Source of the DNA: Octopus vulgaris
Lineage: Eukaryota
DNA length: 64,000 bases
NCBI GenBank assembly: GCA_951406725.2
Contig: OX597821.1
Location: 35,774,001-35,838,000, forward strand
Reading direction: 5' to 3'
Below, in pieces: positions 41,082 through 53,342 of this stretch. Under the pieces are notes generated by a model. That model was not told where the DNA came from. It did no database searches and was given only the letters and a program-made list of their open reading frames with translations. Positions within the stretch are counted from its first letter, which is position 1. The number at the start of each line of letters is the position of its first letter. The position numbers were made by a program, and so were the translations under genes.

Positions 41082-41250
41082 AGGCGCAGGCATGACTGCA
41101 TGGTAAGAAACTTGCTTTTCGACTACATGGTCCCGGGTTCAGTTCAACTACGTGGGATCATGGGCAAGTGTCTTGTCTATAGCCTCGAGGGAACCGAAGC
41201 CATACCAGTGGATTTTGTAGATAGAAACTGCAAGAAGCCCGTCGTATATA
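41082..41250 (+). mobile_element. tRNA-derived SINE 5' half, followed by a long (AAT)n tract (41360-41550)
   Basis: Similarity to the 44767 head; repeat read directly. Confidence 0.8.
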
Positions 41251-41357
41251 TACATATATATATATACGTGTATGTGTGTGTGTATGTATGTATATATTGG
41301 TATATATATATGTATGTATTTATGTATGTATCTTTATACATATATCTATCAATCTAC

Positions 41358-41412
<55 letters not shown>

Positions 41413-41462
41413 CAACAACAATAAAAATAATAATAATAATAATAATGATAATAATAATGATG

Positions 41463-41550
<88 letters not shown>

Positions 41551-41630
41551 GTAGCAACAAAAGAATGAGTCCTCGATTTTAGGTAAATAGAGGATTATTT
41601 ATATATGTATAATTTAGGACAAACAGTAAG

Positions 41631-41706
41631 TTGTCATTATTGTACTCAGAGTTTCGAATGTCAGAGCGAAGAGCAACAATGCATTCTCGTCGGCTATTAA
41701 TGGCAA
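41631..41706 (-). ncRNA. Type I hammerhead-like motif with CCGACGA core in a Penelope pLTR
   Basis: ttgccattaatag-CCGACGA-GAATG...CATTC-GAA-ACTC-t-GAGT-A-caataatgacaa. Stems I, II and III are all present, with a GUA triplet. Confidence 0.75.
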
Positions 41707-42002
41707 TAGACGTTATGAAAACACGTTGAATAAAAAAGTACTCTAATTGGTTGAAAGATTGACAAAAAGGAAAAAGACAAAATTACATACAACCACATTC
41801 TCACTATATATAGATATAAACCTCCTGCGTTCATAACGTCTACATATGTACACGCCGACACAAACATATGTACATGCACACACACGCACACAAACATATA
41901 TGTGCATGTACGTACTCATACATAGACACCTCTCCACACAGACGCAAACGTATATATATATATATATATATATATATCTATACAATATGTTACATTACTC
42001 GG

Positions 42003-42076
42003 TAGTCAAGATAAAACTCTGAGTTTCAGATGCCGAAGTGGAAATCCACAACACCATCTCATCGGTTATCTGGCTA
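42003..42076 (-). ncRNA. Type I hammerhead-like motif with CCGATGA core, 3' of the intact PLE ORF
   Basis: tagccagataa-CCGATGA-GATG...CATC-t-GAA-ACTC-a-GAGT-T-ttatcttgacta. Confidence 0.75.
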
Positions 42077-42267
42077 TTTGAAAACGTTATGAAAAAATAT
42101 ACCGTTAAAAATGAAGGGAAATTACTCTGTTATAACTCTGCTTTGCCTGCGTACTTATACATCGCTCGCATTTTTCGTCATAAAAATTATATAAAAATAC
42201 ATAAAAATATATAAAAATATATAAAAATATATAAAATCTTCTTGGGACATAACACAGAAAGCATGTT

Positions 42268-43659
42268 CTATCCGTTTTCTTTAGGGGACCAAAAACGTAA
42301 CAGAAATTTAGTCACATGTGGGCATGATCCGAAAAGTTCTGTCCTTGTATTTAGACATGTGGTAGGGTCTAAGCTGCTTTTCCAGATAAGCCATCTCTCC
42401 ATGTCGCATAAACCGCACCTTCCGCTGCCGTTAGTATAGGGCTTACATCTGGCCAAAATCTTCCATTGTATGTTATAATCGACACCTTTATCTCTTAAAG
42501 ACCAAATATGATTGGATAATTGTGTCGCTTTTCTTTTGTTCCAGTGCCTAAAGCTCAAAGTGTGGTTATTGAACCTGGCCTTGAAATTACCCTCTGTCAG
42601 GCCCACGTATTTCTTCGTCGAAACGGTGTCTTTAGTGGTTATAGAGTTTACGGTAGCTTCATATATGATGGTCTTGGACATGCAAGCTCCATTTAGCGGG
42701 CACAATTCTTTATTCCTGCATGAACAGCTGTTTTCTTCTTGTGTTTTTTGTATGTTATGATTGATTATGTTTTTAAAATTGGTAGTTGAACTAAAACTAA
42801 TTTTTAAATTGTGTCTATTGAAGAGTTTCCTATAAGCATGGTTAACTGGAAAATGTCTATCTATCAGTGCTAGGAAATATTTACCTATATTGAAGGCCAC
42901 CTCGGGTGAGTAAGGGGGCGTAAACCAGATGACCTTCCTATTTCTATTATTCCTTTTCCTTATTGTTGGGCTGGTGATAGGTGTATATTTTATTTTTTCG
43001 CTAAAACCACTATCTTTTAAAGCTTTATTATAAACTGGGGCAACGCTATTGAAGATGTCCTCATTAGATGAGAGGCTAGAAATCCTCTTACTAATATTTT
43101 TAACTAAATTTTTGAATACTATAGGGGGATGGCATGAACCTACATTAATATAACTTAGTCTATCATTGGGCTTCCTATAAGGCTTATAAATATTATTATT
43201 AAGATCTAAGGAAACGTCTAAGAAATTGACAACCGTCAGGTTAGTGTCTATAGTTATACTAAGTCCGAAGTGTTTCATTAACTGGATAATATCCTTCCTA
43301 AAACGATCTTGTGCTGGTCCATTTGTATTAGCTGTTAAGGCGAGGGCATCATCTTTGTAGATGGCGAAATGTACGTTAGGGAATGTCTTACCGAAGGTAT
43401 CTAGGAGAAAGAGTCCAATTAGATCACAGATGCCTGCCCCATCATATGAACCCATGCTCACATCGAAAGCGCCCTCCGTGTCGGTGTTTTTTACCCACTT
43501 TGCATTCTCACTGAAAAGTAATGTCTTTCTAGCATGGAAGATTATATCCTTATCATTGGTACTAATTTCTATGAAGTCACTAGCGAAGATTAGGGCTTTA
43601 TCTAGCAGTTCTTTAGAGATAGAGGCATAAAAATCAACAATATCGAATTGTGTAAACCT
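42268..43659 (-). CDS. Penelope-like retroelement RT + GIY-YIG endonuclease, 5'-truncated but uninterrupted (464 codons including stop); Naiad-like
   Basis: FDIVDFYASI, DVSMGSYDGA, YKDD, VNFLDVSLDL, YRKPND, SCHPP, CSCx5C linker, IIY...YVGLTE..FKARF..H and CGLC. The frame stays open upstream of the listed Met to 43659. Confidence 0.92.
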   Translation of the reverse strand, partial: RFTQFDIVDFYASISKELLDKALIFASDFIEISTNDKDIIFHARKTLLFSENAKWVKNTDTEGAFDVSMGSYDGAGICDLIGLFLLDTFGKTFPNVHFAIYKDDALALTANTNGPAQDRFRKDIIQLMKHFGLSITIDTNLTVVNFLDVSLDLNNNIYKPYRKPNDRLSYINVGSCHPPIVFKNLVKNISKRISSLSSNEDIFNSVAPVYNKALKDSGFSEKIKYTPITSPTIRKRNNRNRKVIWFTPPYSPEVAFNIGKYFLALIDRHFPVNHAYRKLFNRHNLKISFSSTTNFKNIINHNIQKTQEENSCSCRNKELCPLNGACMSKTIIYEATVNSITTKDTVSTKKYVGLTEGNFKARFNNHTLSFRHWNKRKATQLSNHIWSLRDKGVDYNIQWKILARCKPYTNGSGRCGLCDMERWLIWKSSLDPTTCLNTRTELFGSCPHVTKFLLRFWSPKENG

Positions 43660-43764
43660 CTATTTACATAATATTGAGGTCTCTAATATAGGATAAATTT
43701 TTTCGAAAAAAATTCAATCAATGGCCAGCATATTAAAAAATACCTTTAAAGGTTAAATTTATAA

Positions 43765-43932
43765 ATAACTTATAAAGAAGGGCAAAAGAAAAAAAAAATT
43801 CTAATGCCAAATACGGTGAAAACAGACAGATCGTCAATATAGTGATGGATTATATGGGTATATACGATGTGTCTGTTTTCGGCATATTTGGCATTAGAAT
43901 TTTTTTCTTTTGCTCTTGTTTATAAGTTTTAT
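43765..43932. repeat. Inverted repeat (~65-bp arms) near the 5' truncation of the PLE
   Basis: aacttataaa...gcaaaagaaaaaa.attctaatgccaaata...gaaaacagaca and tgtctgttttc...tatttggcattagaattttttcttttgc...tttataagtt. Confidence 0.85.
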
Positions 43933-43936
43933 ATAT

Positions 43937-44001
<65 letters not shown>

Positions 44002-44404
44002 TGAATGTATGTATGTATTTGTGCACGCAATTTCATCCTCATGTGCACATAGGTGTATGGATGCATACATATATATTTAGACATTTATACCTATAAATAT
44101 ACGTATATATATACAGGCATATGTACATATATATACGTGTGTGTGTGTGCGTACATATACTTCCTCGTATCACACACCTACACCTGCACATATACAAATA
44201 TATGCATATCCGTATAAAACTAGGGGACGTCTGCATGAAAGTAGCACTTATGCAACGTACACAGTCTTACACTCATATACATATGTGCATACACATATAC
44301 ACATATATACATATAAAATATATACATACACATACATGTATTCACAGTCTTACTCATTCACACAATTGAAAAGTAACAAAAGAATAAATGAATATATATA
44401 TATA

Positions 44405-44699
44405 CTAGCAGTATCGCCCGGCATTGCTCGGGTTTGTAAGGGAAATAACTATATAAGCATTTTTAGAGAGTTACTTCCCTTATTTAATAGCAAAAAAATG
44501 CATTAAAAATGGGAAAAATTGATGGTAATTTTTTTCAATCGTAGACTCATCGTAGACGCCGCTAATACCCAGAAGGGCTCGATATGAATCACGACTATAA
44601 GATACTCGCTTTTGGTTAAGCTGCACCGCAAAATGTGGGAGTAGTTAGGAATCTAAATCGTAGGAGACAGACACACAACTTCACTTTTATATATAAAGA
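44405..44699 (-). mobile_element. Non-autonomous Helitron-like element
   Basis: Minus strand: A|TCTTTATATATAAAAGTGAAGTTG...CCCGagcaatgcCGGG-cgatactg-CTAG|T. Confidence 0.75.
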
Positions 44700-44766
44700 T
44701 ATAAATAAAAAATATATATTGTTAAGACATATGGGAAGGTTGTGCGGAAACATAGCAAAAATGCGG

Positions 44767-45174
44767 AGGCGTAGGAGTGGCTGTGTGGTAAGTAGCTTGT
44801 TTACCAACCACATGGTTCCGGGTTCAGTCCCAGTGCGTGGCACCTTGGGCAAGTGTCTTCTGCTATAGCCTCGGGCCGACCAACGCTTTGTGAGTGGATT
44901 TGGTAGACGGAAACTGAAAGAAGCCCGTCGTATATATGTATATATATATGCGTGTGTTTGTTAGTGTGTCTGTGTTTGTCCCCCCTAGCATTGCTTGACA
45001 ACCGATCCTGGTATGTTTATGTCCCCATTACTTAGCGGTTCGGCAAAAGAGACCGATAGAATAAGTACTGGGCTTACAAAAGAAGAAGTTCCGGGGTCGA
45101 GTTGCTCGACTAAAGGCGGTGCTCCAGCATAGCCGCAGTCAAATGACTGAAACAAGTAAAAGAGTAAAAGAGTA
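44767..45174 (+). mobile_element. Full-length tRNA-derived SINE
   Basis: Box A/B head, internal TA/TG tract, (AGTAAAAG)n tail. Confidence 0.9.
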
Positions 45175-45179
45175 TTAAA

Positions 45180-45640
45180 TCCGTCATCTTGGGTGCAGGG
45201 GCCAAAACCGTCACAGTTATTTTGTGACATATGAACATGATCCAAAAATTCAGTTCTTGAATTCAGACATGTAGCTGGGTCCATGGAACTTTTCGAGATG
45301 TTCCATCTTTCCATTTTACAAAGAGCGCACTTTCCACTACCGTTGGTATAAGGTTTACACGTGGCCAAGTTCGTCCAGTAAATCCTGTAGCTAATACCTT
45401 GTTCTTTTAAAAACCATATATAACTGAATAATTTGGTATATTTTTCATTTCAATATGGTTGCGTGTATTTTTATCTTTTTTCCTTCTTTCTTTCTACCTA
45501 TTAGAGTAACTTCCCTTTAATTTAAAGGTTTTTCATAGCATCTATTGCCACAAATATCCGACGAGAATGCATCATAGCTCCTCGCTCCGACATTCGAAAC
45601 TCTAGAATGACAACTTCATGTTTGTCCTAAATTATACACA
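45180..45640 (-). mobile_element. Second Naiad-like PLE 3' fragment plus an inverted pLTR carrying a CCGACGA hammerhead (45545-45613, + strand)
   Basis: TCKPYTNGSGKCALCKMERW..SKSSMDPATCLNSRTE parallels the C-terminus of 42268-43659. 45520-45640 is an inverted copy of 41600-41730. Confidence 0.8.
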
Positions 45641-46858
45641 CACACACACTCATACACACTCATACACATATATATGTATATACATATATACATATACATA
45701 TATGAATACATTATATATATATATGCTTATGTGTTTGCCTTTATATGAGTGTTTGTCCGTTTGTCCTCTTCCCCACCGCTTGACAACCGGTGTTGGTGTG
45801 TTTGCACTCCGATGACTAAGCTGTTCGGCAAAATACACCGATATAATAAGTACTAAACTTTAAAAAATAAGTACTGGGATCGACTCGTTCGACTAAAAGT
45901 TCAAGGCAGTTCTCCATCTTGGCGTCAGTCTATTGACTGAAATAAGTAAAAGATAAAAAAGATAAAAAGATATGTACACATGTACCAGGCATATATATAG
46001 TAGGAAAACACACAGAAATTTTGCATTGGAAAAATATATTTATGAAATAAAATATTTCATAGTCTAACTGTATCGTTTGCTATTCATAACTAAGTAGTTA
46101 GCGTCAGTCGTTCCATGTTGGTAGGAGATAAAGTATTTTGTAAATAAATCGCGGATTAAAGACATTTCAAGGGAGATAATCAGTGACGGGTATTATAAAT
46201 GCAGGGGAGGTAGACGTTACCTCCCCTTACTTTTATAAGCTAAATTCATTATGTATGGAGAGAGACATACATACATACATACATACATACATACATACAA
46301 TCATACATACATACATGCATGCATGCATGCATGCATACATACATACATACATACGTACATACGTGCATACGTGCATACGTGCATACGTGCATACGTGCAT
46401 ACATACATACATACATACATACATACATACATACATACATACATACATACATACATACAAACAAACAAACAAACAAACAAACAAACTTTTCTACAACTGT
46501 GTACCTTGTGAGGTAACGTGAGAAATTATTAATTGCGGCATTTATCACCACAGAAAAGCCGATGAAGTGTTATGATAAAAAGTATTCCAGGCCTGATCCC
46601 CATAATCTTTTGTTTTCATGCACAATATATTTTGCACTAAATGATCGAATTCTTATCTCCTACTTAAGTTACTTGACTAGCGTGTGTCTTTAGGGCACTT
46701 TGTTATCGCTACCAAGTCGAGCAACGGCGTTGAGGTCCGCTCATCGACTCCAATACTATATTGTTCAATAGGTTGATGTATTAAGCTGACATAGGGAGTG
46801 CTATTGAAAGACAATGCTACTTATCTATTTCTCCACCATTCTGAATTCAATCGCAACC

Positions 46859-47091
46859 TATTTCTTTATTACCCACAAGGGGCTAAACATAGAAGGGACA
46901 AACAAGGACAGACATAGGTATTAAATCGATTACATCGACCCAGTGCGTAACTGGTACTTAATTTATCGACCCCGAAAGGATGAAAGGTAAAGTCGACCTC
47001 GGCGGAATTTGAACTCACAACGTAATACGGCAGACGAAATACCGCTAAGCATTTCGCCCGACGTGCTAACGTTTCTGCCAGCTCGCCGCCT
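46859..47091 (-). mobile_element. Young tRNA-derived SINE with a 20-bp target-site duplication
   Basis: Head GGCGGCGAGCTGGCAGAA...GAGTTCAAATTCC. TTCTGAATTCAATCGCAACC is repeated at 46839-46858 and 47092-47111. Confidence 0.9.
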
Positions 47092-48014
47092 TTCTGAATT
47101 CAATCGCAACCACCGTTGTCTGTGTAGTTTACTATTTCAGAATTTAAATATGAATATAGCTTTGTTCCCAGTGAACAAGAGATTTTTGTCATTATATTGT
47201 TGGTTTTTGAAAATCGGTTGAGAGGTGCATTTAATTCCTAACGGTATTTTACATTGTGAGTTCAAATCTCACTGAGATTAAATTTCACTCTCCTCATTTG
47301 ATGAGGAACGATTACCAGTTATATACCCGTTTCAATCAAATTGTCAACGCAAAATTCTAGTTCTACTCTGTGCCTCTGTTAGAAATCCGTTTTGGTATTA
47401 TTAGGGCGATGGTGACTTGCATCAGGTAAGTGTCAGGAAAAACTGTTAGAAGGCTCTGCTGATCTGAAAACAATAACCACAACCCCAGTATATCAGTTTT
47501 TGTGGCACTCTACCTATGCTATAGAATATTAATGATTGCTTTTTATATAAATTAATTGAATTGACGAATATAACCAAGGAGAGAAATTTAAGCTGTCTAT
47601 CTGCCATTTCTAATATTAATCAACCTTTCAGTTCATTACCAAAACAATTAAGGGAATAATTTGTTCCACGTTAGCGCATTTTGAGTTCGAATACAGAGAA
47701 CGCCTACTTTGCCTTTCATTGTTCCGGGGTCAATGAAATAAAGTATATAATCTGGATTAGATTTCTTCGAAATTATTATGACACGAAGGAGTATTTTATG
47801 TTGTTATACCGTTACTAATTATGAATTATGTTTGATACTTGATTTATTTTTAGCGAATATTTTAGTGGTATTTTTAGATAATATTGTATCTACTATTAAT
47901 TACTGTCGTATAATTGTTATTCATACCATGCTTTTTTTTTCCTTATTCGCAAACATAACATACACCTGCATATTAAATTATTATTTTACATTGCTTCTTT
48001 ATATTTCCATTCAG

Positions 48015-48053
48015 AAAAAAAATCATGTCTGAGCGACAGGTGTTTAAAAGCCG
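48015..48053 (+). CDS. M13 peptidase micro-exon (EKKSCLSDRCLKA)
   Basis: ttcag|...GCC G|gtaagt, 39 nt, phase 1-1. Contains the CxSxxCxxA motif that opens the neprilysin ectodomain. Confidence 0.85.
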
Positions 48054-48332
48054 GTAAGTATAACTTTTTTCATGAAAAATCCCTATCACAATAGTTTATA
48101 TTTCACTGACATACTGTAATCTATTCACAAACAAGCTTGTTAGAAGTTTCCACAGTTCTGCTAGTCTAGTATTCACGTATAGTTTACTAGTTTATGAAAT
48201 TTTATTAACGTTTAGATAACCGTATACAAGGTTGTTTAGTATACCGCAAGAGATGAAAGAAAATATTTTCACACATCCATACATATCTACATTCAATCTG
48301 GTGCTTAAACTATGACAAAATGCCATATAAAG

Positions 48333-49681
48333 CAGTGGTTCCCAAACTATGAGTCGCGACCCACAGATGTGTCGCGAACGGAATCTTAGTGGGTCGCAAA
48401 AAGTTATAAAATTACGCATTAGCTTTGATTAACTGCTGTCTATCGAGATAGTTCAAGACTTATGTTTTCAATACCAGACTTGTTGTTTTATCAAGCAGTA
48501 GGCTTTTTCACGAACTTAACAAATCAGAGGTTGTCATTCTCTCAAGTCTGTTTTTACCTATTTACAGAGAACATTAACTAGGCGAAGTATAACACTGATC
48601 GAGCCGATAACAGTTACTACTTCAAGGTTTTGTATTAGTGTTAGTATTTACACATAGGGTATAGAGACGTTGAAACAGTTATAGAACGTTTTGTGTCACA
48701 TTTAATATAAATAGCAAAGAATTTAAATAAATAAGACATTATGGATTTTACTAGTAAGTTTATAAATGATTTAAAAAGTATAGGAGTGATCACCGGGAGG
48801 CTATCAATTAGCCAATGAAATGATTGGAATAGACAGCAGCTAGACGGTAGATAGATCAATAGAGTCTATCAGATAAACAGTTTAAATAGCATCACATCGA
48901 TTGAAATGACGTTTATCATTAATTGTAGAAGTTCGCATGATCTCAAACGTTGTATTTTAATTCTGTCAAATCTCTCAGTAAGTCGAAATTATCTGTCCTT
49001 CTAAATTCGATATTTTCGTATTTACTCAGTCCTTCATATTATGGATAAATGGTTAAAAAAGTCAGTTGAAGCTGATGACGATGAGTCTTCAGCGAATCGA
49101 AACGAAGAAAAGACCAATCAATCAAAACTAAGCCAGTCAAAGCAAAGAAAAGTATTAAGAAAGTATGATTACGAGTACTTAAAGAAGGGATTTACATGGA
49201 ATGGAGTTGAAGAAAATCCACGACCACGACGCATCATTTGTTATGAATAACTTGCAAACGAAAGCATGCATCCAAACAAATTGCGTCGTCATCTTGAGAC
49301 TAAGCACTCCGAGTTAAAAGACAAGCCTCTCGAGTTTTTTGAGAGAATGTTAACCAAGTTAAAGAGAGGACAGAGCGTTATGCAACATTACACCAAAGTA
49401 AATGAAAAATCTTTGTATGTGTCTTAATTGATCAGTTTAAGAATCGTAAAAACTGATAAGCCACACACAATTTAGTTCTTCCAGCTATAAAAGATACAGT
49501 TAAAGTTTTCTTTGGGCGTAGCAAGAAACAGGCTCATCCTTCTCACAGGCTTCACTGAAGATGTAATCTGAAATAAATTTGTTAATTTCATTGATGTTTT
49601 TACTCAGTAGAGTTAAGTGGGTCGTCATAAACTGGTGTGATAAATAGTGGGTCGCGACTCTAAAAGGTTTGGGAACTACTG
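48333..49681 (+). mobile_element. Internally deleted hAT Buster/Charlie transposon
   Basis: TIRs CAGTGGTTCCCAAAC / GTTTGGGAACTACTG and a perfect 8-bp TSD ATATAAAG (nnnTAnnn). Transposase N-terminus MDKWLKK..RKYDYEYLKKGF..ICYE*LANESMHPNKLRRHLETKH. Confidence 0.93.
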
Positions 49682-50848
49682 ATATAAAGTATAGAACTGT
49701 TTTCCAAATATATCCAATTAAATACATTGAATACGACATGACTGCTGTGGTTTTATGCCTAAATAAGTCACTCAGACTCCTGCAATGACTTGGTTGCTGG
49801 TTTCTTTTAATGCAATGAATTTCGTGTATTTTCGATCCCATACTTACCGCTAGACGCTCTGGTTTTGCATCACCAGAGCTGTTTCTGCAGTGCTTTCAAA
49901 AATCTTATAGGCTACCTAAACCAACTGGTCCAACATGCGCATATATAAAAATCAATTGTTAATCTTCCTGGAAATTTAAGTCTTTTGAAAAGACGGCTAA
50001 CGGCTTCAGAAGAGTGATTCCTTCGAGATGCACGGTTTAAAATGTTACGTACTCTTTCGAGTAGCGGTTTAATATTTCAATAGTAATAGATAAATTATAC
50101 AGTAAACCTTCACTTGTTACGTTTATAGTTTGGCCATTGATCACTACATGTGGTAATTTAACTGTAGACAAAATAACTCTGATATGAATACACTCGTATA
50201 TACATATATGTTTACAGTTTTATGAGGTTCAGAAAAAATTGACACATCATTTAAGAATAGTTCTAGTGATGACTCTCGGTAATTCAATTGCTAAATTAGC
50301 ATTTTCATACCATTTTTTTCTTTTGCGTATGATGATATCTAGTTGTACTCAATAAGTTGGGGACGACGGGATCTGTTTGTCACATCCTAGATATAATGTA
50401 TGTCATTTTACATGAATTTTTTAATTATTATATCATTAAGGGTTGCACAGAAATTCAACGTACGTGTAAGAATTTAAGTAATACGCGTATCAGTATAGGC
50501 ACATTTCCTTGAAGGTTTAATTTCCCCAGAATAAAAAAAAATATTTCCAATACATTTATGTCAAAACAATACTCCAGTACTTTGCATAAAATACGTCCAA
50601 AACTGCTTCTTCAACCAAATGCATACTATACGAAAGCCCAAAATGCTAAAAGCTATTGCTATACAAAGTGATTGTCTCTTATACTCTTTTGAGTGATCAT
50701 TGGAGATGAAAATAGGGAAATTAATTACATTAATAAATTTGATAGCTAGTAGTTTTAAAATTGGTTTTAGTAAATACCTATCAGAATAAATATTACGAAT
50801 ACTTTTTTCTGAACTGTAGTGAATTTGTATTTTTATGTGTTCTACTAG

Positions 50849-51016
50849 CGGTCAGCGTAATGGATAAAATGGATGATAATATCAAGCCTTGTAGTGATTT
50901 TTGGAAATATTCCTGCGGTGATTTTATCGAAAGACACCCGGTTTTCGCATTTCAAAATAATACCGTCTATAGCAGCTTTAGCGAAGTTGCTGTAAGAGTA
51001 AGTAGAAGACTATTGG
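50849..51016 (+). CDS. M13 peptidase exon (AVSVMDKMDDNIKPCSDFWKYSCGDFIERHP...RRLL)
   Basis: ctag|CG...TTG G|gtatgt, 168 nt, phase 1-1. MD..I.PC.DF..Y.CG matches the M13 N-terminal signature (MDxxxxPCxDFxxYACGxW). Confidence 0.92.
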
Positions 51017-51037
51017 GTATGTATTGTCGTTTAATAT

Positions 51038-51459
51038 TACTTCTCTCTTACTCTTTTACTCTTTTACTTGTGTCAGTCATTTGACTGTGGCCATGCTGGA
51101 GCACCGCCTTTTTTAGTTGAGCGAATCGATCCCAGGATTTATTCTTTGTAAGCCTAGTACTTATTCTATCGGTCTCTTTTGATGAACTGCTAAGTTACGG
51201 GGACGTAAACACACCAACATCGGTTGTCAAGCGATGTTGGGGGGACAAACACAAGCATATACACACATACACACACACATATATATACATATATACGACA
51301 GGCTTCTTTCAGTTTCCGTCTACCAAATCCATTCGCAAGGCTTTGGTCGGCCTGATGCTATAGTAGAAGACACTTACCTAAGGTGTCACGCAATTGGACT
51401 GAACCCACAACCATGTGGTTTGTAAGCAAGTTACTTACAATACAGCCACTCCTACACCT
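51038..51459 (-). mobile_element. Full-length tRNA-derived SINE ~20 nt downstream of an M13 exon donor; a second SINE relic follows at ~51470-51680
   Basis: Similarity to 10153-10590 and to 46859-47091, respectively. Confidence 0.88.
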
Positions 51460-52366
51460 TCTGATAAACATCAGTGAACTGAAAGAATCGTTAGCGCGCC
51501 GGACAAAGTGCTTTGTGGCATTTCTGTCTACTTTACATTCTGCCACCGGGATCGACTTTGCTTTTCCTCTTTTCGGGGTAGGTAAAATAAGTACCAGTTG
51601 AGCACTGGGGTCGATCTAGTCGACTAAGACACTCTTACGAAATGGCTGGTCTTGTACCAAAATTTAGAACCAATATTACACCTGCTATCTTCTTTTGTAT
51701 CGAATAATATTTACGTTCAACGGAATAGCACATGTGCATCAGATTAGATTTGTGCTTGTGCGTGTATCTGTGCGTGTATGCGTGCGCGCGCGTGTTTATG
51801 GCTGAATATGTTGTAGGAATAGCCTTGTTGTTTAAGCGTTAACTTGACAATCACGAGATCCCCGGTTCGATGGCACTGTGTGACATGTAAGCAAAATGAC
51901 AGTTACCACATTTAAGAGAACGAGTGAAACCAAACATCAGGTAAAATTCAGAATACGGAAACTATGGAGAAGCCCATCAAATAGGTTCTAACAGCGATAT
52001 GACTCAGATTCAGCACGAGAATTACGTTAGAATTATCCGTGAAACATCACCCGTTTCTGTAATTACATTTCTTGCGATTGAAGGTGTTTAATCATGAGTT
52101 AGCTCTGATATGACAAACCTATGTTCATATATGCTTAAATTTTACGTATCTCGTGTTGCTTTTTTTTTTAGTTTTTAGTAAACGCTACATCTAAGAATTA
52201 AATTATCTTGCGCATGTCCGTTTTCGGTTTTTAAGAAAGTAATCGATTTGTTCAAATAGAATGGTGGCTTCTTTTTAGGATATGGAGTGAACAATTAGAC
52301 ACTTCCGAAGGCTTCCTTCATTTATCGTTGTGCATTTGTTTTTCTGAATATGAATAATATATTTGT

Positions 52367-52476
<110 letters not shown>

Positions 52477-52517
52477 GATATATATATATACGGGTGTGTG
52501 TGATTGTGTATAGAAGA

Positions 52518-52942
52518 ATATATTAATAAAAGGAATTCCAGCCTTGTCTTATTTTCACGTTTTATTTACAATCTTATAATGATATAATATAAGATAATAT
52601 AGTATAATAAAATGAAATAAAATAATAGAATGTTAAATGTTCATTCTGATTGAACTAGTACTTTCATGCATTAAATTTTGCAATCTTCTGGTTCATGTAG
52701 TAGTGGTGACAGTCATGCTTCACAATTTTTGACTGTCAAAAATTGTGAAACAAGACTGTCACCACTACTACATGAACCTGAAGATTGCAGAATTTAATGC
52801 ATGAAAGTACTAGTTCAATCAGAATGAACATTTAACATTCTATTATTTTATTTTATTATATTATATTATCTTATATTATATCATAAGATTGTAAATAAAA
52901 CGTGAAAATCAGACAAGGTTGCAATTCCTTATATTAATATAT
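52518..52942. repeat. ~425-bp near-perfect palindrome with a hammerhead motif in each arm (52651-52695 minus; 52773-52817 plus)
   Basis: Centre tcacaatttttgac-T(52734)-gtcaaaaattgtga. Plus arm: tgaac-CTGAAGA-tTGCA...TGCAt-GAAAG-ta-CTA-gttca. The other arm has CAGAAGA. Confidence 0.92.
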
Positions 52943-52996
52943 ATATATATTAATTTTATTGTATCGCATTTATCTTTGTTTATATATATATATATA

Positions 52997-53033
<37 letters not shown>

Positions 53034-53057
53034 ATATGTGTGTGTGTGCATATACAT

Positions 53058-53126
<69 letters not shown>

Positions 53127-53342
53127 TAAATTAGAGATAAACATAAAAATAAACATAATCAATATAATATACAAAATATATAAAATATAAAATTTAAAAT
53201 TTAATTTATTTAAATTTAAAATTTTTCATTTATATTTATAAATTTTTATATTGTTTAAATAATTTTAAAATTTAAAATTTTTTTTATTTTTTAATATTTA
53301 TATTTTTTAAATATATATATATATATTATTTCAATATTCTAG

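Noticed and set aside
42268-43659. Possible selenocysteine (in-frame TGA) usage, as I recall being reported for some Naiad PLEs
   Set aside because: The frame has no internal TGA, and the linker cysteines checked use TGT/TGC.
44767-44840. tRNA-like box A/B sequences here and in other copies
   Set aside because: They are SINE heads followed by SINE bodies and do not form full cloverleaves.
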